Positions 53,821 through 63,311 of a stretch of 64,000 nt of DNA are shown here, piece by piece. Position 1 is the first letter of the stretch. The number at the start of each line of letters is the position of its first letter. The position numbers were made by a program, and so were the translations under genes. The notes below the pieces were generated by a model that saw nothing but the letters and a program-made list of their open reading frames with translations, had not been told where the DNA came from and did no database searches. The stretch covers positions 14,917 to 78,916 of the forward strand of contig CBFHXB010000004.1 in assembly GCA_965659685.1 (NCBI GenBank), written 5' to 3'. The DNA comes from Candidatus Poseidoniaceae archaeon (GTDB lineage: Archaea > Thermoplasmatota > Poseidoniia > Poseidoniales > Poseidoniaceae).

Positions 53821-55110
53821 TCAATTCATCTCCGGGTGCTGAACACCCGCCTTTGCGGCTATGTCGCGGCGGTGGTGAGCGCCTTCCAAATCGATGGACG
53901 CAAGGCGTGCGTAGGCCAAATCAGCGGCGGCTTGCAGGGAATCGCTCATCCCCGTCACGCTGAGAACTCTGCCGCCGCTGGAGATCGGCGTCCCGTCGTC
54001 GTCTTCCTTCACGCCAGCCAAATTGACCCATGCGTGACCCTGTCCGGTTACCGCCGGAACGTCGAGTTCAATGCCACCGATCGGTCGACCCGTGACCGCG
54101 CTGGACGGGTATCCCTCGCTGGCCAGCACCACGGTGAGCAGGGAGCATGACGTCAAAGGATGGGTCACGCCGGACAGCTCGTCCTTCGCGACCGCGGTGA
54201 ACCAATCCAGCGCATGGTCTCCGAGGAAGGGCATGGTCACCTGGCACTCCGGGTCACCAAAGCGTACGTTGAATTCGACCACGTACGGGTCCTGATGTTC
54301 GTCGATCATCAGACCGACGTACAACACGCCACGGTAGGGCACGTCTTGGGAGGACAGGTGGGCGTGCATGGGCGCAACGATCCGTTCTTCCACCTTCGCC
54401 TGCACCTCTGGCGTGACGACAGGAGCGGGACAATAGGCCCCCATGCCCCCGGTGTTTGGACCCGCGTCGCCTTCTCCGACACGCTTGTGGTCTTGGCTTG
54501 CGGGAAGGCACCGGTACCCGGAAGCGTCCATCAACACGAGCATGCTGGCTTCCTCCCCCGGCAAGAAGGCCTCGATGACGACGGAACCGGCAGTGGAAAT
54601 CGCGCTAAGGGCGAAGGCCTCGGCTTGCTCACGGTCTTCACTGACCAGCACGCCCTTGCCCCCGGCCAATCCGTCCTGTTTGATGACCCATGGCGCACCT
54701 GCAAAGCGGTCGAGCGCCTCACCAAGTGCACCTGCTCGGCGGACGATGACGTGCTCGGCCGTTGGAACCCCTGCGGCTTCCATCGTGGTCTTGGCAAAGG
54801 ATTTCGATCCCTCCAACGCAGCATGTGCGGCGACGGGGCCGAAGCAGAGACGGTCGCCCAAGGCGTCGGCGAGGCCGTCGCACAGTGGGGCCTCTGGCCC
54901 GACCACCACGAGATGGACGTCGAGTTCCGTGGCCAGATTGAGCAGACCCTGCACGTCTCCGGAACCCACCTGATGGTTGGTGCCCAAGCGAGCCGTACCT
55001 GGATTGCCTGGAGCCGTATGGAGCTCGACGCTCGCGTGGCGGCTCAGCGCCATGGCCAAGGCGTGTTCACGACCACCGGAGCCGACGAGAAGGACGCGAC
55101 GCGTGTCCAT
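53821..55110 (-). CDS. purD: Phosphoribosylamine--glycine ligase
   Basis: LLVGSGGREHAL, APGNPG, VVGPEAPL, LEGSKSFAK, KQDGLAGGKGV, SQDHKR, NTGGMGAY, EFNVRFGDPECQ, SGGRVL; start ATG 55110 (or 55128). Confidence 0.97.
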   Translation of the reverse strand: MDTRRVLLVGSGGREHALAMALSRHASVELHTAPGNPGTARLGTNHQVGSGDVQGLLNLATELDVHLVVVGPEAPLCDGLADALGDRLCFGPVAAHAALEGSKSFAKTTMEAAGVPTAEHVIVRRAGALGEALDRFAGAPWVIKQDGLAGGKGVLVSEDREQAEAFALSAISTAGSVVIEAFLPGEEASMLVLMDASGYRCLPASQDHKRVGEGDAGPNTGGMGAYCPAPVVTPEVQAKVEERIVAPMHAHLSSQDVPYRGVLYVGLMIDEHQDPYVVEFNVRFGDPECQVTMPFLGDHALDWFTAVAKDELSGVTHPLTSCSLLTVVLASEGYPSSAVTGRPIGGIELDVPAVTGQGHAWVNLAGVKEDDDGTPISSGGRVLSVTGMSDSLQAAADLAYARLASIDLEGAHHRRDIAAKAGVQHPEMN

Positions 55111-55190
55111 GCGCTGAGGTCGTGACATGAGGACCATAAGCCCAACGTAGGACGCGGGCAGGTTCATGGGCCATACCGACATCAACCGTC

Positions 55191-55844
55191 ATGGAAGGCG
55201 CCATGTGGGGAACCTGCGAGGAAAGCCTTGGCCTGGCGGGAATGACCCTCCTCGTGCTGTGGATTTTCCTACCTGGTTTCCTTGTGAACACCTTTGCCAT
55301 GATGTGGGGCAAGTGGCTTCCGAAGACCGGATACGGCCCTTGGCCCATCGACGGAGGGCGCAACGCTTGGGACGGCAACCGTTTGTTCGGTGATGGGAAA
55401 ACGTGGAACGGACTCATCGGGGGGAGTTTGACCTCAGGCTTGCTCATGGTGCTGATGGCCTCCACCGTGCAAGAAGGTCAAGCCTGTGGCATCTTTGTCG
55501 ATCCGCTGCTCGACCACGACCCGTCCATGTCCCGGGGGCTATGGGCGATGATCGTCGGGACCTTGCTGGGCTTCTTTTCGCTGCTCGGAGACATCACAGG
55601 GTCCTTCTTCAAGCGTCGACGTGGTTTGAAGCGGGAAGGCGACATCTCCTCCAAGGCGCCCCTCCTCGACACCTTGCCGTTCGCAATGATGGTGTTCTTG
55701 CTCGGTTGGCTCCTGCTGCCTGGCATTCACGGATCCTCGGATCTGTTGGCACCGATCGCGGTGATGCTGGTCGCGACACCCGTCCTTCATCGCTCGTTCA
55801 ACATGCTCGGCTACGCCATCGGATGGAAGGACGTTCCGTACTGA
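55191..55844 (+). CDS. carS: CDP-2,3-bis-(O-geranylgeranyl)-sn-glycerol (CDP-archaeol) synthase
   Basis: PIDGG...DGNRLFGDGKTWNG, GDITGSFFKRR, PLLDTL, N-x-L-GYAIGWKDVPY; multi-TM. Confidence 0.92.
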   Translation: MEGAMWGTCEESLGLAGMTLLVLWIFLPGFLVNTFAMMWGKWLPKTGYGPWPIDGGRNAWDGNRLFGDGKTWNGLIGGSLTSGLLMVLMASTVQEGQACGIFVDPLLDHDPSMSRGLWAMIVGTLLGFFSLLGDITGSFFKRRRGLKREGDISSKAPLLDTLPFAMMVFLLGWLLLPGIHGSSDLLAPIAVMLVATPVLHRSFNMLGYAIGWKDVPY

Positions 55845-55888
55845 GTCCTTCGGCGCGACCTTGATGGTCCACACGCCGTACGACGACC

Positions 55889-57715
55889 ATGGCACGCACG
55901 CCCACAGCACTCCTCATGTTGGCCCTCCTCCTCTGCGCACCCCTCGTTTCGGCGGTGGATGCGCGCGACGCCGACGTGATCGACGCCGATCAAACGCTCA
56001 CGGAGGACACGGCCTTTGACGACGGGTTCACCGTCACCAACGGCGCCACGATGACGGTGGACGCGAACATCACGCTCGGCGACGACGCCGTGGTTCGCAT
56101 CGACGAAGGAGCGACATTGAACCTCGTGGGCGGCCACATGATTGGTTCAGACATCCAGGCCTACATGGCCCTCGCCGGCGGGGCTTCGACGATCGAACTC
56201 CCGGTGCAGGGCATGACGGGAACCGCCACGGTTCGCCTGATGATGTCCAAGACCCTCAACGGCAGCGAATTGCTGAACGTGACCGCATCAACGGGCGAAC
56301 GCGTCAATGAGGCCACCGGCGACGACGTCAGCCTTCAGGTCAACCTTGGGGACGGCGTCGATGTCCTGACGCTCGACCTGACGCACAACCACCCCTTCCC
56401 CTTCGGGCCCGTCGCCGTGGAAGTGGTGGATTCCTCCGCCCAACAACAGCGTCATGAAGCATGGGACTTGGCCGGAACGAACCTCGTCTTGACCTGGGGT
56501 GACGCCGCCTTCAGCATCGACGTTCAAGGCACACTCACCATCGCAGACGCCATGGTGCGAGGCGCCGACCTGCGATGCTCAGGCACCTGCTCCATCGAAC
56601 GATCCACCATGGAAGGGAGCGCGCCCATCATCGCCGAGGCAGGCGCAAGCCTGAGCGTTCGAAGCTCCATGATCCTCGGCAGCCGAACGGACGAAGACGT
56701 GGTGGCCGTTGACGATGCGGACCTGGTGTACGAGGACAGCACCGGAACCGGAGGCTGGACCGACGCATGGATCCGTCGCCTCAGCGCCCGCACCGTGACA
56801 ACGAACATGCCCGGAGCATTGGTCAGCGGCGCGGACCTTGGCTACAAGGGCACCAAATCCCCCAACGCATTCGCCGACACGCTGGGCGACGGTGTTGGGG
56901 TCGAACTTGGCAACAGCGAAATGACCCGCATCGTCGAATGGGTGACCGGCGACGGTATTTACGGCAAGGAAGAGGGCACCTTCACCGTGACCGCAACCAC
57001 GGGCTGGGGCACCTTCACCACGACGGTCCCTGCCGTCTGGGCGCCGATCACCAACGTTGACCTCCAACTCCCCGTCATCGAGGTCGTGGCCATCGAAGTC
57101 CAAGACCGCACCGCAACGGTGAACGAAAGCTTGGGCGTGATGTTGACCGTCGCAAACAGCGGTACGGCCGACGCGCCCTCGCCTGTGCTCGAATGCACGG
57201 TGGGCGGAGAAGCGGCCGACACTTCGCCAAGTTACATTCAGCTCTCCACCTACGGCGGTTTGGCCGCGGGATCTCAGATGGAGATTCCTCTGACGTGGCG
57301 GATGCCTTCCGACGGTGCGCACGTTTTGGCCTGTGGCGTCATTGACCTCAGCGGAACCCCATTGGAGGCCGTTGAGGATATGGTGACCAGCGACACCGGG
57401 GTGACCGGAGCCGAAGTGTCCTGGACCTACGCCGAAGAAGTCGAAGAAGCGCCGTGGGTGACCGTGCTCATCGCATTGACCGTTTTCCTTCTCGGCGTGG
57501 CCGGAATCGCACGTGTTGCAGGAGCCCGTGCCAACGTTGAGGACGAAGAGGATGAAGAGGCCGCATCCAGCCCTGAGGACGACGTCAAGCAGTACCCCGA
57601 AACGGTGGTTGATGCACCTTCTGAGGAGGCTACCGAAGAGGAGCCGTCCGATGTGGAGGCAACGTCAGGTGAAGACGAGGAAGCCACCGAAGTGGCCCCT
57701 TGGGACGAAGCCTGA
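55889..57715 (+). CDS. Secreted, C-terminally anchored surface protein (beta-helix-like N-region, CARDB-like domain, acidic tail)
   Basis: Signal peptide; LTVANSGTADAP CARDB-like motif; TM WVTVLIALTVFLLGVAGI; Glu-rich tail. Confidence 0.7.
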   Translation: MARTPTALLMLALLLCAPLVSAVDARDADVIDADQTLTEDTAFDDGFTVTNGATMTVDANITLGDDAVVRIDEGATLNLVGGHMIGSDIQAYMALAGGASTIELPVQGMTGTATVRLMMSKTLNGSELLNVTASTGERVNEATGDDVSLQVNLGDGVDVLTLDLTHNHPFPFGPVAVEVVDSSAQQQRHEAWDLAGTNLVLTWGDAAFSIDVQGTLTIADAMVRGADLRCSGTCSIERSTMEGSAPIIAEAGASLSVRSSMILGSRTDEDVVAVDDADLVYEDSTGTGGWTDAWIRRLSARTVTTNMPGALVSGADLGYKGTKSPNAFADTLGDGVGVELGNSEMTRIVEWVTGDGIYGKEEGTFTVTATTGWGTFTTTVPAVWAPITNVDLQLPVIEVVAIEVQDRTATVNESLGVMLTVANSGTADAPSPVLECTVGGEAADTSPSYIQLSTYGGLAAGSQMEIPLTWRMPSDGAHVLACGVIDLSGTPLEAVEDMVTSDTGVTGAEVSWTYAEEVEEAPWVTVLIALTVFLLGVAGIARVAGARANVEDEEDEEAASSPEDDVKQYPETVVDAPSEEATEEEPSDVEATSGEDEEATEVAPWDEA

Positions 57716-57721
57716 GCCTGT

Positions 57722-58993
57722 TCAGCAGGTGGGTGCATCCCAGTTAGAATTGTACTCGTCACCGTCTTCGAAGTCGAGGTTCCAACAGACGTCGCTGTGG
57801 GTGATGACCGTGCCACCGCTGCTGGTGCCCACGTCGAGGACGACTTCGAAGGTGTAGGCACCGTTCTCGTAGTCAAGCGCCGATTTGGACACGTACTCTC
57901 TGAAGTTCTCTTCGGTATCACCGCTCAGGGCAAGCCACCCGTTCATGTCGCCGCTGCGGGTTCCGCTGACGCTTGAGGACCAAGAGGCGTCAAGGCCGTC
58001 AACGGTGATCAACGGGTGGGTCCACACGGTCGAACTGCCTTTCTTGATGTTCACCGTCAAGGTGTAGTCACCCTGCACGGTTCGAATGTCGTCCGACGTG
58101 GTATGGTCGGCGCCGTCCACGTGCCGGTGGCTGTCGGGCAACAGACCGGCCATGACTTCGATGGTGATGCCTTCGAAGGTGGTGGTGGTGGTTTGCTGCT
58201 GAGCGTTGTTGGTGGTCTCAAACACCGGCGCGATGCGCACACCGCTCTCCAGTGGCGTGCGCGTCATCTCGCTGGAATCCAGTTCGAAGGACGCGGACAT
58301 GTCGGCACCATCGGTGGCGGTCACCGTGTAGGTGCGGATGACGTTGTTGACAGCGTCGTAGGCGTTGCCGCAGAAGAAATCTGAGAGCATCGGTTTGACG
58401 TTGACGTAATCCCGGTCCAAAGACAGCGTCTCCTGCCAGACGACTTCACCCGTGTCGCCGGCCGTGCCGTCACAATTTGGTGCGGTGGTGATCGTCACCG
58501 TGGTCGCGTCAAAACTCCCGCGGACCTTGAATTCCAGGCGGTCGTTGGCTTCGTCAAGCGAGACCTCCGAAATCACCAGGGCTTCACCGTCGGGAGCCAC
58601 CACGCCTGCGGTGTAGGGAACGATGGCGATGAGCACCGCCAGCACCACGGCACCTCCGGTTTTGATGACGTTGAGGTCCTTGCCCTGGACCTGATCGGAC
58701 AAGACGATGGCTCCGACCGCGACCAGAAGGACGGCCCCGGTGACGATGAAGGGGATGAAGCCCCCTTGGAGGCTGAGCAGAAGGCCGACGAACAGGCCAA
58801 TTCCACCCACGGAGGAGAGGATGGCGGGAAGCGGCAAGCCCTCGTCGGCTCCGCCGGCGCCCACTGCTTTCGCTGCGGCTGGCGTTGGCGTCATCGTCTC
58901 CGCCTTGACCGGAGCTGGCGTTGCGGAGGCTGCGGCCTCTTCTGCGCTTGCTTGTTGGGCGACCGTGTTGGCTTTGTCGAGCAGTCCACTCAT
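57722..58993 (-). CDS. Membrane protein with N-terminal TM bundle and beta-rich C-terminal domain
   Basis: Ala/Pro-rich N-terminus, 3 TM segments, C-terminal domain with Cys pairs. Confidence 0.65.
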   Translation of the reverse strand: MSGLLDKANTVAQQASAEEAAASATPAPVKAETMTPTPAAAKAVGAGGADEGLPLPAILSSVGGIGLFVGLLLSLQGGFIPFIVTGAVLLVAVGAIVLSDQVQGKDLNVIKTGGAVVLAVLIAIVPYTAGVVAPDGEALVISEVSLDEANDRLEFKVRGSFDATTVTITTAPNCDGTAGDTGEVVWQETLSLDRDYVNVKPMLSDFFCGNAYDAVNNVIRTYTVTATDGADMSASFELDSSEMTRTPLESGVRIAPVFETTNNAQQQTTTTTFEGITIEVMAGLLPDSHRHVDGADHTTSDDIRTVQGDYTLTVNIKKGSSTVWTHPLITVDGLDASWSSSVSGTRSGDMNGWLALSGDTEENFREYVSKSALDYENGAYTFEVVLDVGTSSGGTVITHSDVCWNLDFEDGDEYNSNWDAPTC

Positions 58994-59081
58994 GAGATAA
59001 CCTCGCTCAATACCTCACGCTCGTGGACATATGAAGGCGACGGCAGACCTGCGTCACGAAGACGCGATTGCAGGAGGTACG

Positions 59082-60017
59082 TCAGAGACCCGGCGCGGCT
59101 TCCCTGAGCACAGGGACGCCTTCCTCTTCTTCGGTCCGAATCAGACTCCGACCTGCCATAGCTGCGGCCAAGGCGACCATGGAAAGGGTCGGGACGACTT
59201 CGAAGCCGGGGAGGTACACACCGCGGACGTAGATGGTGATCATCTGGGATTCGCGCTCACAACCGCCGTTCTTGCAGGAGAATTCCGACTCGGCGTAGAA
59301 GTTCATGGTGTAGTAGTGGTCGGTCCATCCCCAGTCCTTGGGGGTGCGGACGAGGACGCGAACGTTCTGGCCGGCGGGGTTGTTCTCAATCTGAGACTTG
59401 ACGGCGGGCAGGTTGACGGTGAAGCCGTCCTCTTCCAACTTCTCACGGGAGTCGTCGGTGATGCCAATGCGCATGAAGTCAATCTGGTTGCCAAGGTTGA
59501 ACACCTTGAATTCAAAGGGCTTGTCGGTCTTCGGCATGAGTTGAACGAAGGGTTCGACGGCTTCGACCTGAACCAGCGAGAACTGCATGATGTTGACCAT
59601 CACGTTGGTCTGGGAGCTGGCCACGTTGACCGGGGGAACGCTGTTGATCTCGGTGACGGTTCCGGTCACGGAGAGTTGGCGGCTTTGCATCGCCATGTAT
59701 GGGTCAGCACGCACCACGACCTGGAAGTCCACGTCTTGTCCGGCGCCGACGTAAACGTCACCGGCGTGGGCGACGGCAAGGCCGTCGGAGGTGACTTGGA
59801 TGTTGACCTTCTCGATGTAGGTCGTGGGGTTGGTCACCGTGCATGTGGTGTATCCAGAGTAGGACGAACCAGGCTTCACTTCAACACGAACTTCACCAGG
59901 AGAACAGTTCATCGACACGGCGGCCGCAGGAATCTGTGCCTCGGCAGGAGCCGCGACGATCAGCAGGGAAAACAAGTACAGGCCAACGAGGAACGCGACA
60001 CGACCGAAGGACTTCAT
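59082..60017 (-). CDS. Secreted beta-sandwich protein with PGF-CTERM-like sorting signal
   Basis: Signal peptide MKSFGRVAFLVGLYLFSLLIVAAPAEA; two Ig-like domains; LPGFE + hydrophobic helix + R-S-L-I-R near the C-terminus. Confidence 0.7.
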   Translation of the reverse strand: MKSFGRVAFLVGLYLFSLLIVAAPAEAQIPAAAVSMNCSPGEVRVEVKPGSSYSGYTTCTVTNPTTYIEKVNIQVTSDGLAVAHAGDVYVGAGQDVDFQVVVRADPYMAMQSRQLSVTGTVTEINSVPPVNVASSQTNVMVNIMQFSLVQVEAVEPFVQLMPKTDKPFEFKVFNLGNQIDFMRIGITDDSREKLEEDGFTVNLPAVKSQIENNPAGQNVRVLVRTPKDWGWTDHYYTMNFYAESEFSCKNGGCERESQMITIYVRGVYLPGFEVVPTLSMVALAAAMAGRSLIRTEEEEGVPVLREAAPGL

Positions 60018-60081
60018 GCGGACACCTACACCGGGCCGTCCATTCGGACCCTCATAACCATGTCGTCTCACTGCGGGAGAA

Positions 60082-60155
60082 TGGACCCGAAGGGCATCGA
60101 ACCCCTGACCTCCCGGTTATGAGCCGGGTGCTCTACCCGTCTGAGCTACAGGTCC
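60082..60155 (-). tRNA. tRNA with CAU anticodon, most likely tRNA-Ile2 (agmatidine-modified) rather than Met
   Basis: GGACCTG/CGGGTCC-A acceptor stem; CCCGG-CTCATAA-CCGGG anticodon arm (CAT at 60121-60119); AGGGG-TTCGATG-CCCTT T arm; G1-C72, G2-C71; no intron; CCA not encoded. Confidence 0.9.
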
Positions 60156-60193
60156 AATCCTTCGTGAAGGCCCGCAACCATGAGGTTGCCGCC

Positions 60194-61528
60194 TCACATG
60201 AAGCGGTCGAGGGAGGCCTGTTCGGGTTTGATGCGCTCCCTGACCAGCCCTTCCGCGGCATCGCGAACGGATGCCGGCACGAACACCAACACCCGGTCCG
60301 CCGCCTCGCTGAGGGCTCGGACGATGGGGGAGTGTTCCGCAACGTCACGGCCGTCCTCCAGAAGGATGCCTTGCATGTAGGGCAGGTAACCGCGCTTTCG
60401 AACGGCGGCGACGATCAAATCCTGCTCTGGATCGGCCCCTGCCTCCACGATGATGGCCGCCAATTCGTCCTTCACCGTCGCCACGTTTTCGCGGGTCAGG
60501 TCTCGGATGCGGATCGACTTGTGGTAGCCCCTGCGGGACAGCAACCGGCTTGCGTCAGCCGAAAGAGCGGGGTCCGGGTGATCGGCCCACGACGGCAATT
60601 CAACCAGAACGTGAGCGTCGTGAAGGGAGGCATAGGTGGAGGCGTCAAGTTCCTCGTCGAGCAGCATGGAGGTCAGGGCCGGAGAGAGGTCGAGGTCACC
60701 GGCTTCCGCCAAAGCTCGGGCGCGGGCCAGCATGCGCACAAGGTAGGTTTGCGTGAGCATGTTCACCTTGTGGAAGTACACCTGCAGGTACATGTGGTAC
60801 CGGGTGACCAGGTAGGCTTCGATGGCGGGAAGGCCCCATCGCTTGACGTGGAGGCCACCCTCTGGCGCGATTCGAAGGGCACGCATCACCCGGTCGATGT
60901 CAAAACCACCGATCTGTGCCCCGGTGTTGGCTTGGTCTCGCACAAGGTAGTCCATCCTGTCGACGTCCAATTGGCTTGACACGATTTCCTTGAGCACCTT
61001 TGGGATGGGGACGCCGTCATGTTCCTCGGCTCCGTCAAACAAGGCCAAAAGACGTTGAAAGCGCTGGGTTTCCAAGACGTTGCGCACCGCAGCACCCACT
61101 TCGGTGGTGTCCGAGGTCAGCATCTCTCGGCCCCACGACTCGTGATGGCGGAACGTAGCGAACACATCCGGGGTTTCCAAGAGGTGAGAAAAGGGCGGGT
61201 GGCCGATGTCGTGAAGCAGGGCCGCGAGTTGCACCAATTCAGCGTCGTCGGCATCGATGCGCCCGGGGTGAGCCTCGTCCAGCGCTGCAAGCAACCGGCC
61301 TGCGAGGTGGTACGCTCCAAGGGAGTGCGCGAATCGGTTGTGGGTGGCGCTCGGGAACACGAATTCGCAGGTCGCCAACTGCTTGACGTACCGCAGGCGC
61401 TGAAATTCGCGCGTGTCGAGGATGGAGGCGTGAGCGGCCGGCACGAGGACATCCCGGTGCACTTCGTCACGGATGACCCGGTCAGGTGGGCCTGTCATCG
61501 GTGTTGGGGGGTCGCCGGTGCTCATCAA
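60194..61528 (-). CDS. HD-domain phosphohydrolase (SAMHD1/COG1078-like dNTP triphosphohydrolase family)
   Basis: FQRLRYVKQL, ATHNRFAHSLG, LLHDIGHPPFSH, SSQLDVDRMDYLVRD, RYHMYLQVYFH. Confidence 0.9.
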   Translation of the reverse strand: MMSTGDPPTPMTGPPDRVIRDEVHRDVLVPAAHASILDTREFQRLRYVKQLATCEFVFPSATHNRFAHSLGAYHLAGRLLAALDEAHPGRIDADDAELVQLAALLHDIGHPPFSHLLETPDVFATFRHHESWGREMLTSDTTEVGAAVRNVLETQRFQRLLALFDGAEEHDGVPIPKVLKEIVSSQLDVDRMDYLVRDQANTGAQIGGFDIDRVMRALRIAPEGGLHVKRWGLPAIEAYLVTRYHMYLQVYFHKVNMLTQTYLVRMLARARALAEAGDLDLSPALTSMLLDEELDASTYASLHDAHVLVELPSWADHPDPALSADASRLLSRRGYHKSIRIRDLTRENVATVKDELAAIIVEAGADPEQDLIVAAVRKRGYLPYMQGILLEDGRDVAEHSPIVRALSEAADRVLVFVPASVRDAAEGLVRERIKPEQASLDRFM

Positions 61529-61593
61529 CCCCTCACCTGACTCAGCAGATTTTGGCAGGAACGCTCATCCCCTACCGACTCGACGGTTGAGCC

Positions 61594-63309
61594 ATGGTGG
61601 AACCCAGCCCGACCCCCGACCTTGTGATGGGGCAACGATTGTGGGCGATGTTCGGTGTGGCCATCCTCCTTGTCGCTGGCATGAACGCCTATGCCGTGAT
61701 GCGTGAGCCCGATGTTGTGGGCATTGGCAACCTCATTGAACACACCAACGAGGTGGTCCGCGTCGAGGGCACCCTGACCACGTGGATGCGCGATCCGTAC
61801 GGAACGGGTGAAAACCGCGTGGACCTCATCATCGAAGACGACACCGGCGTCGTCGAACTCCGGTGGTTCCGGGCCACGGACCTGCCGCCGGTGGGCACCA
61901 AAGTCACCGCCACGGGTGACGTCATCGAATGGGACGGACGCATCTACATGCAAGCCCTCGGTTCCGGTGCGGTCAGTTGGAAGCAATCCGACCTCCCAGA
62001 CGTGGTGACCACCTCCTTGGCCGACGTGGCTGCGGACCCGGTCAACCACAGCGACCGCGTGCTTCGGTTGACCGGATACATCGGAGAAGCCGTATCACCG
62101 GACGCCAGTTGGACCTCCGCGATGCTCAACGATCACCCGACGTACAGCAACGCGGAGCACCACATGAAACTCATCATCACCTCGGCTCCGGGGCGATGGA
62201 TCGAACACGGCGCACGCATCCAAGTGGACGGGCTGCTCCAATACGACGCCTCGGACCTCGTCTGGGCCTTCCACGTTACGGGCCCTGAAGTCCGTGTGGA
62301 CGACAGCCACACGCCAGCCATCGACACCTTGGATTGGGACGACCAAGAAACGTGGGCCTACCGAAGCGGTGCCATCGTCCGCCTTTCCGGCGACCTGACC
62401 GCGGAGGGCGACGACCTCTTCCTTTCCCACGACGGCACGAAGGTGTGCTTCATCCCCGGTGAAGGCGACAAGGACGCTGCGGCCTCCCTCGTCAATTCCA
62501 CGACCACCGCATCAGGCCGTTTGCTCTGGTCCACCTCCAGGGCCATGTGGTGCCTCGACGCGAGCACCTCCGATGACCTCGATCTGATCGACCCGACCGA
62601 GGTGGCCGATCTTCTCGGCCTCCTCGAAGTGGCGCCCACGGACCTCATCGAGGACGGTCAGCGCCACACGGTCCGCCTCTACGCCCGATACGCCATCGCG
62701 CCGGGCGTGGAAGATTCCAGCACATCCTTCGCCGATTCGGCCTCCTACCGCCCGGGTTGGAGGACCGTCACCGCGACGGTCCCCGGGCCGCGCTCGGATT
62801 GGATCGAGGCCGGCCAAGCCATCGTCGCCGAAGTCAGCGTCGCGTGGGACGGCGCAGCGATGCGCGCACGTTTGATGGTCCACGAAATGTCGCTCGACGG
62901 CGATGCGCCTGACCCGGTCCAGTTGCTGTGGGACGACGGTGCCCAACAGTGGAGTTACAGCCGCGACATGCAGGTTGCCCTCAGCGGAGTGCTGACGCCC
63001 GACGACAACGGAGGCTACCGCTTGCATGAAGCAGGTGGCGAGCGCTCGATTGAACTTGAGCCGCTTCCCACGAGCCTCGCTTTGGACGAGCTCCACGCCA
63101 ACACCACCTTGCGTTTCATCGGACGTTGGTCGCAAGTGCAGTCGGACGACGGCCTGACCATGGGGTACCGGCTTGCCGCAGCGGACGTCAACGACAGGGA
63201 CGGCGACGGTTTGGCCGATGGGTTGGAGGCCGTCTTGGGCACCAATCCTAACGACGAAGACAGCAACGACGACGGCGTCAGCGACCGCCAGGAATTGACG
63301 GAGGCGTGA
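61594..63309 (+). CDS. Membrane-anchored multi-OB-fold protein with C-terminal Ca-binding DxDxDG repeat
   Basis: N-terminal TM; about 5 OB-like units (V-x-V-x-G...; PPVGTKVTATGDV; DPVNHSDRVLRLTG); terminal DRDGDGLADGLE...DSNDDGVSD. Confidence 0.65.
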   Translation: MVEPSPTPDLVMGQRLWAMFGVAILLVAGMNAYAVMREPDVVGIGNLIEHTNEVVRVEGTLTTWMRDPYGTGENRVDLIIEDDTGVVELRWFRATDLPPVGTKVTATGDVIEWDGRIYMQALGSGAVSWKQSDLPDVVTTSLADVAADPVNHSDRVLRLTGYIGEAVSPDASWTSAMLNDHPTYSNAEHHMKLIITSAPGRWIEHGARIQVDGLLQYDASDLVWAFHVTGPEVRVDDSHTPAIDTLDWDDQETWAYRSGAIVRLSGDLTAEGDDLFLSHDGTKVCFIPGEGDKDAAASLVNSTTTASGRLLWSTSRAMWCLDASTSDDLDLIDPTEVADLLGLLEVAPTDLIEDGQRHTVRLYARYAIAPGVEDSSTSFADSASYRPGWRTVTATVPGPRSDWIEAGQAIVAEVSVAWDGAAMRARLMVHEMSLDGDAPDPVQLLWDDGAQQWSYSRDMQVALSGVLTPDDNGGYRLHEAGGERSIELEPLPTSLALDELHANTTLRFIGRWSQVQSDDGLTMGYRLAAADVNDRDGDGLADGLEAVLGTNPNDEDSNDDGVSDRQELTEA

Positions 63310-63311
63310 GC

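Noticed and set aside
60082-60155. tRNA as a possible integration site for an island or provirus
   Set aside because: No integrase, no duplicated tRNA 3' end, and no viral or plasmid genes in the window
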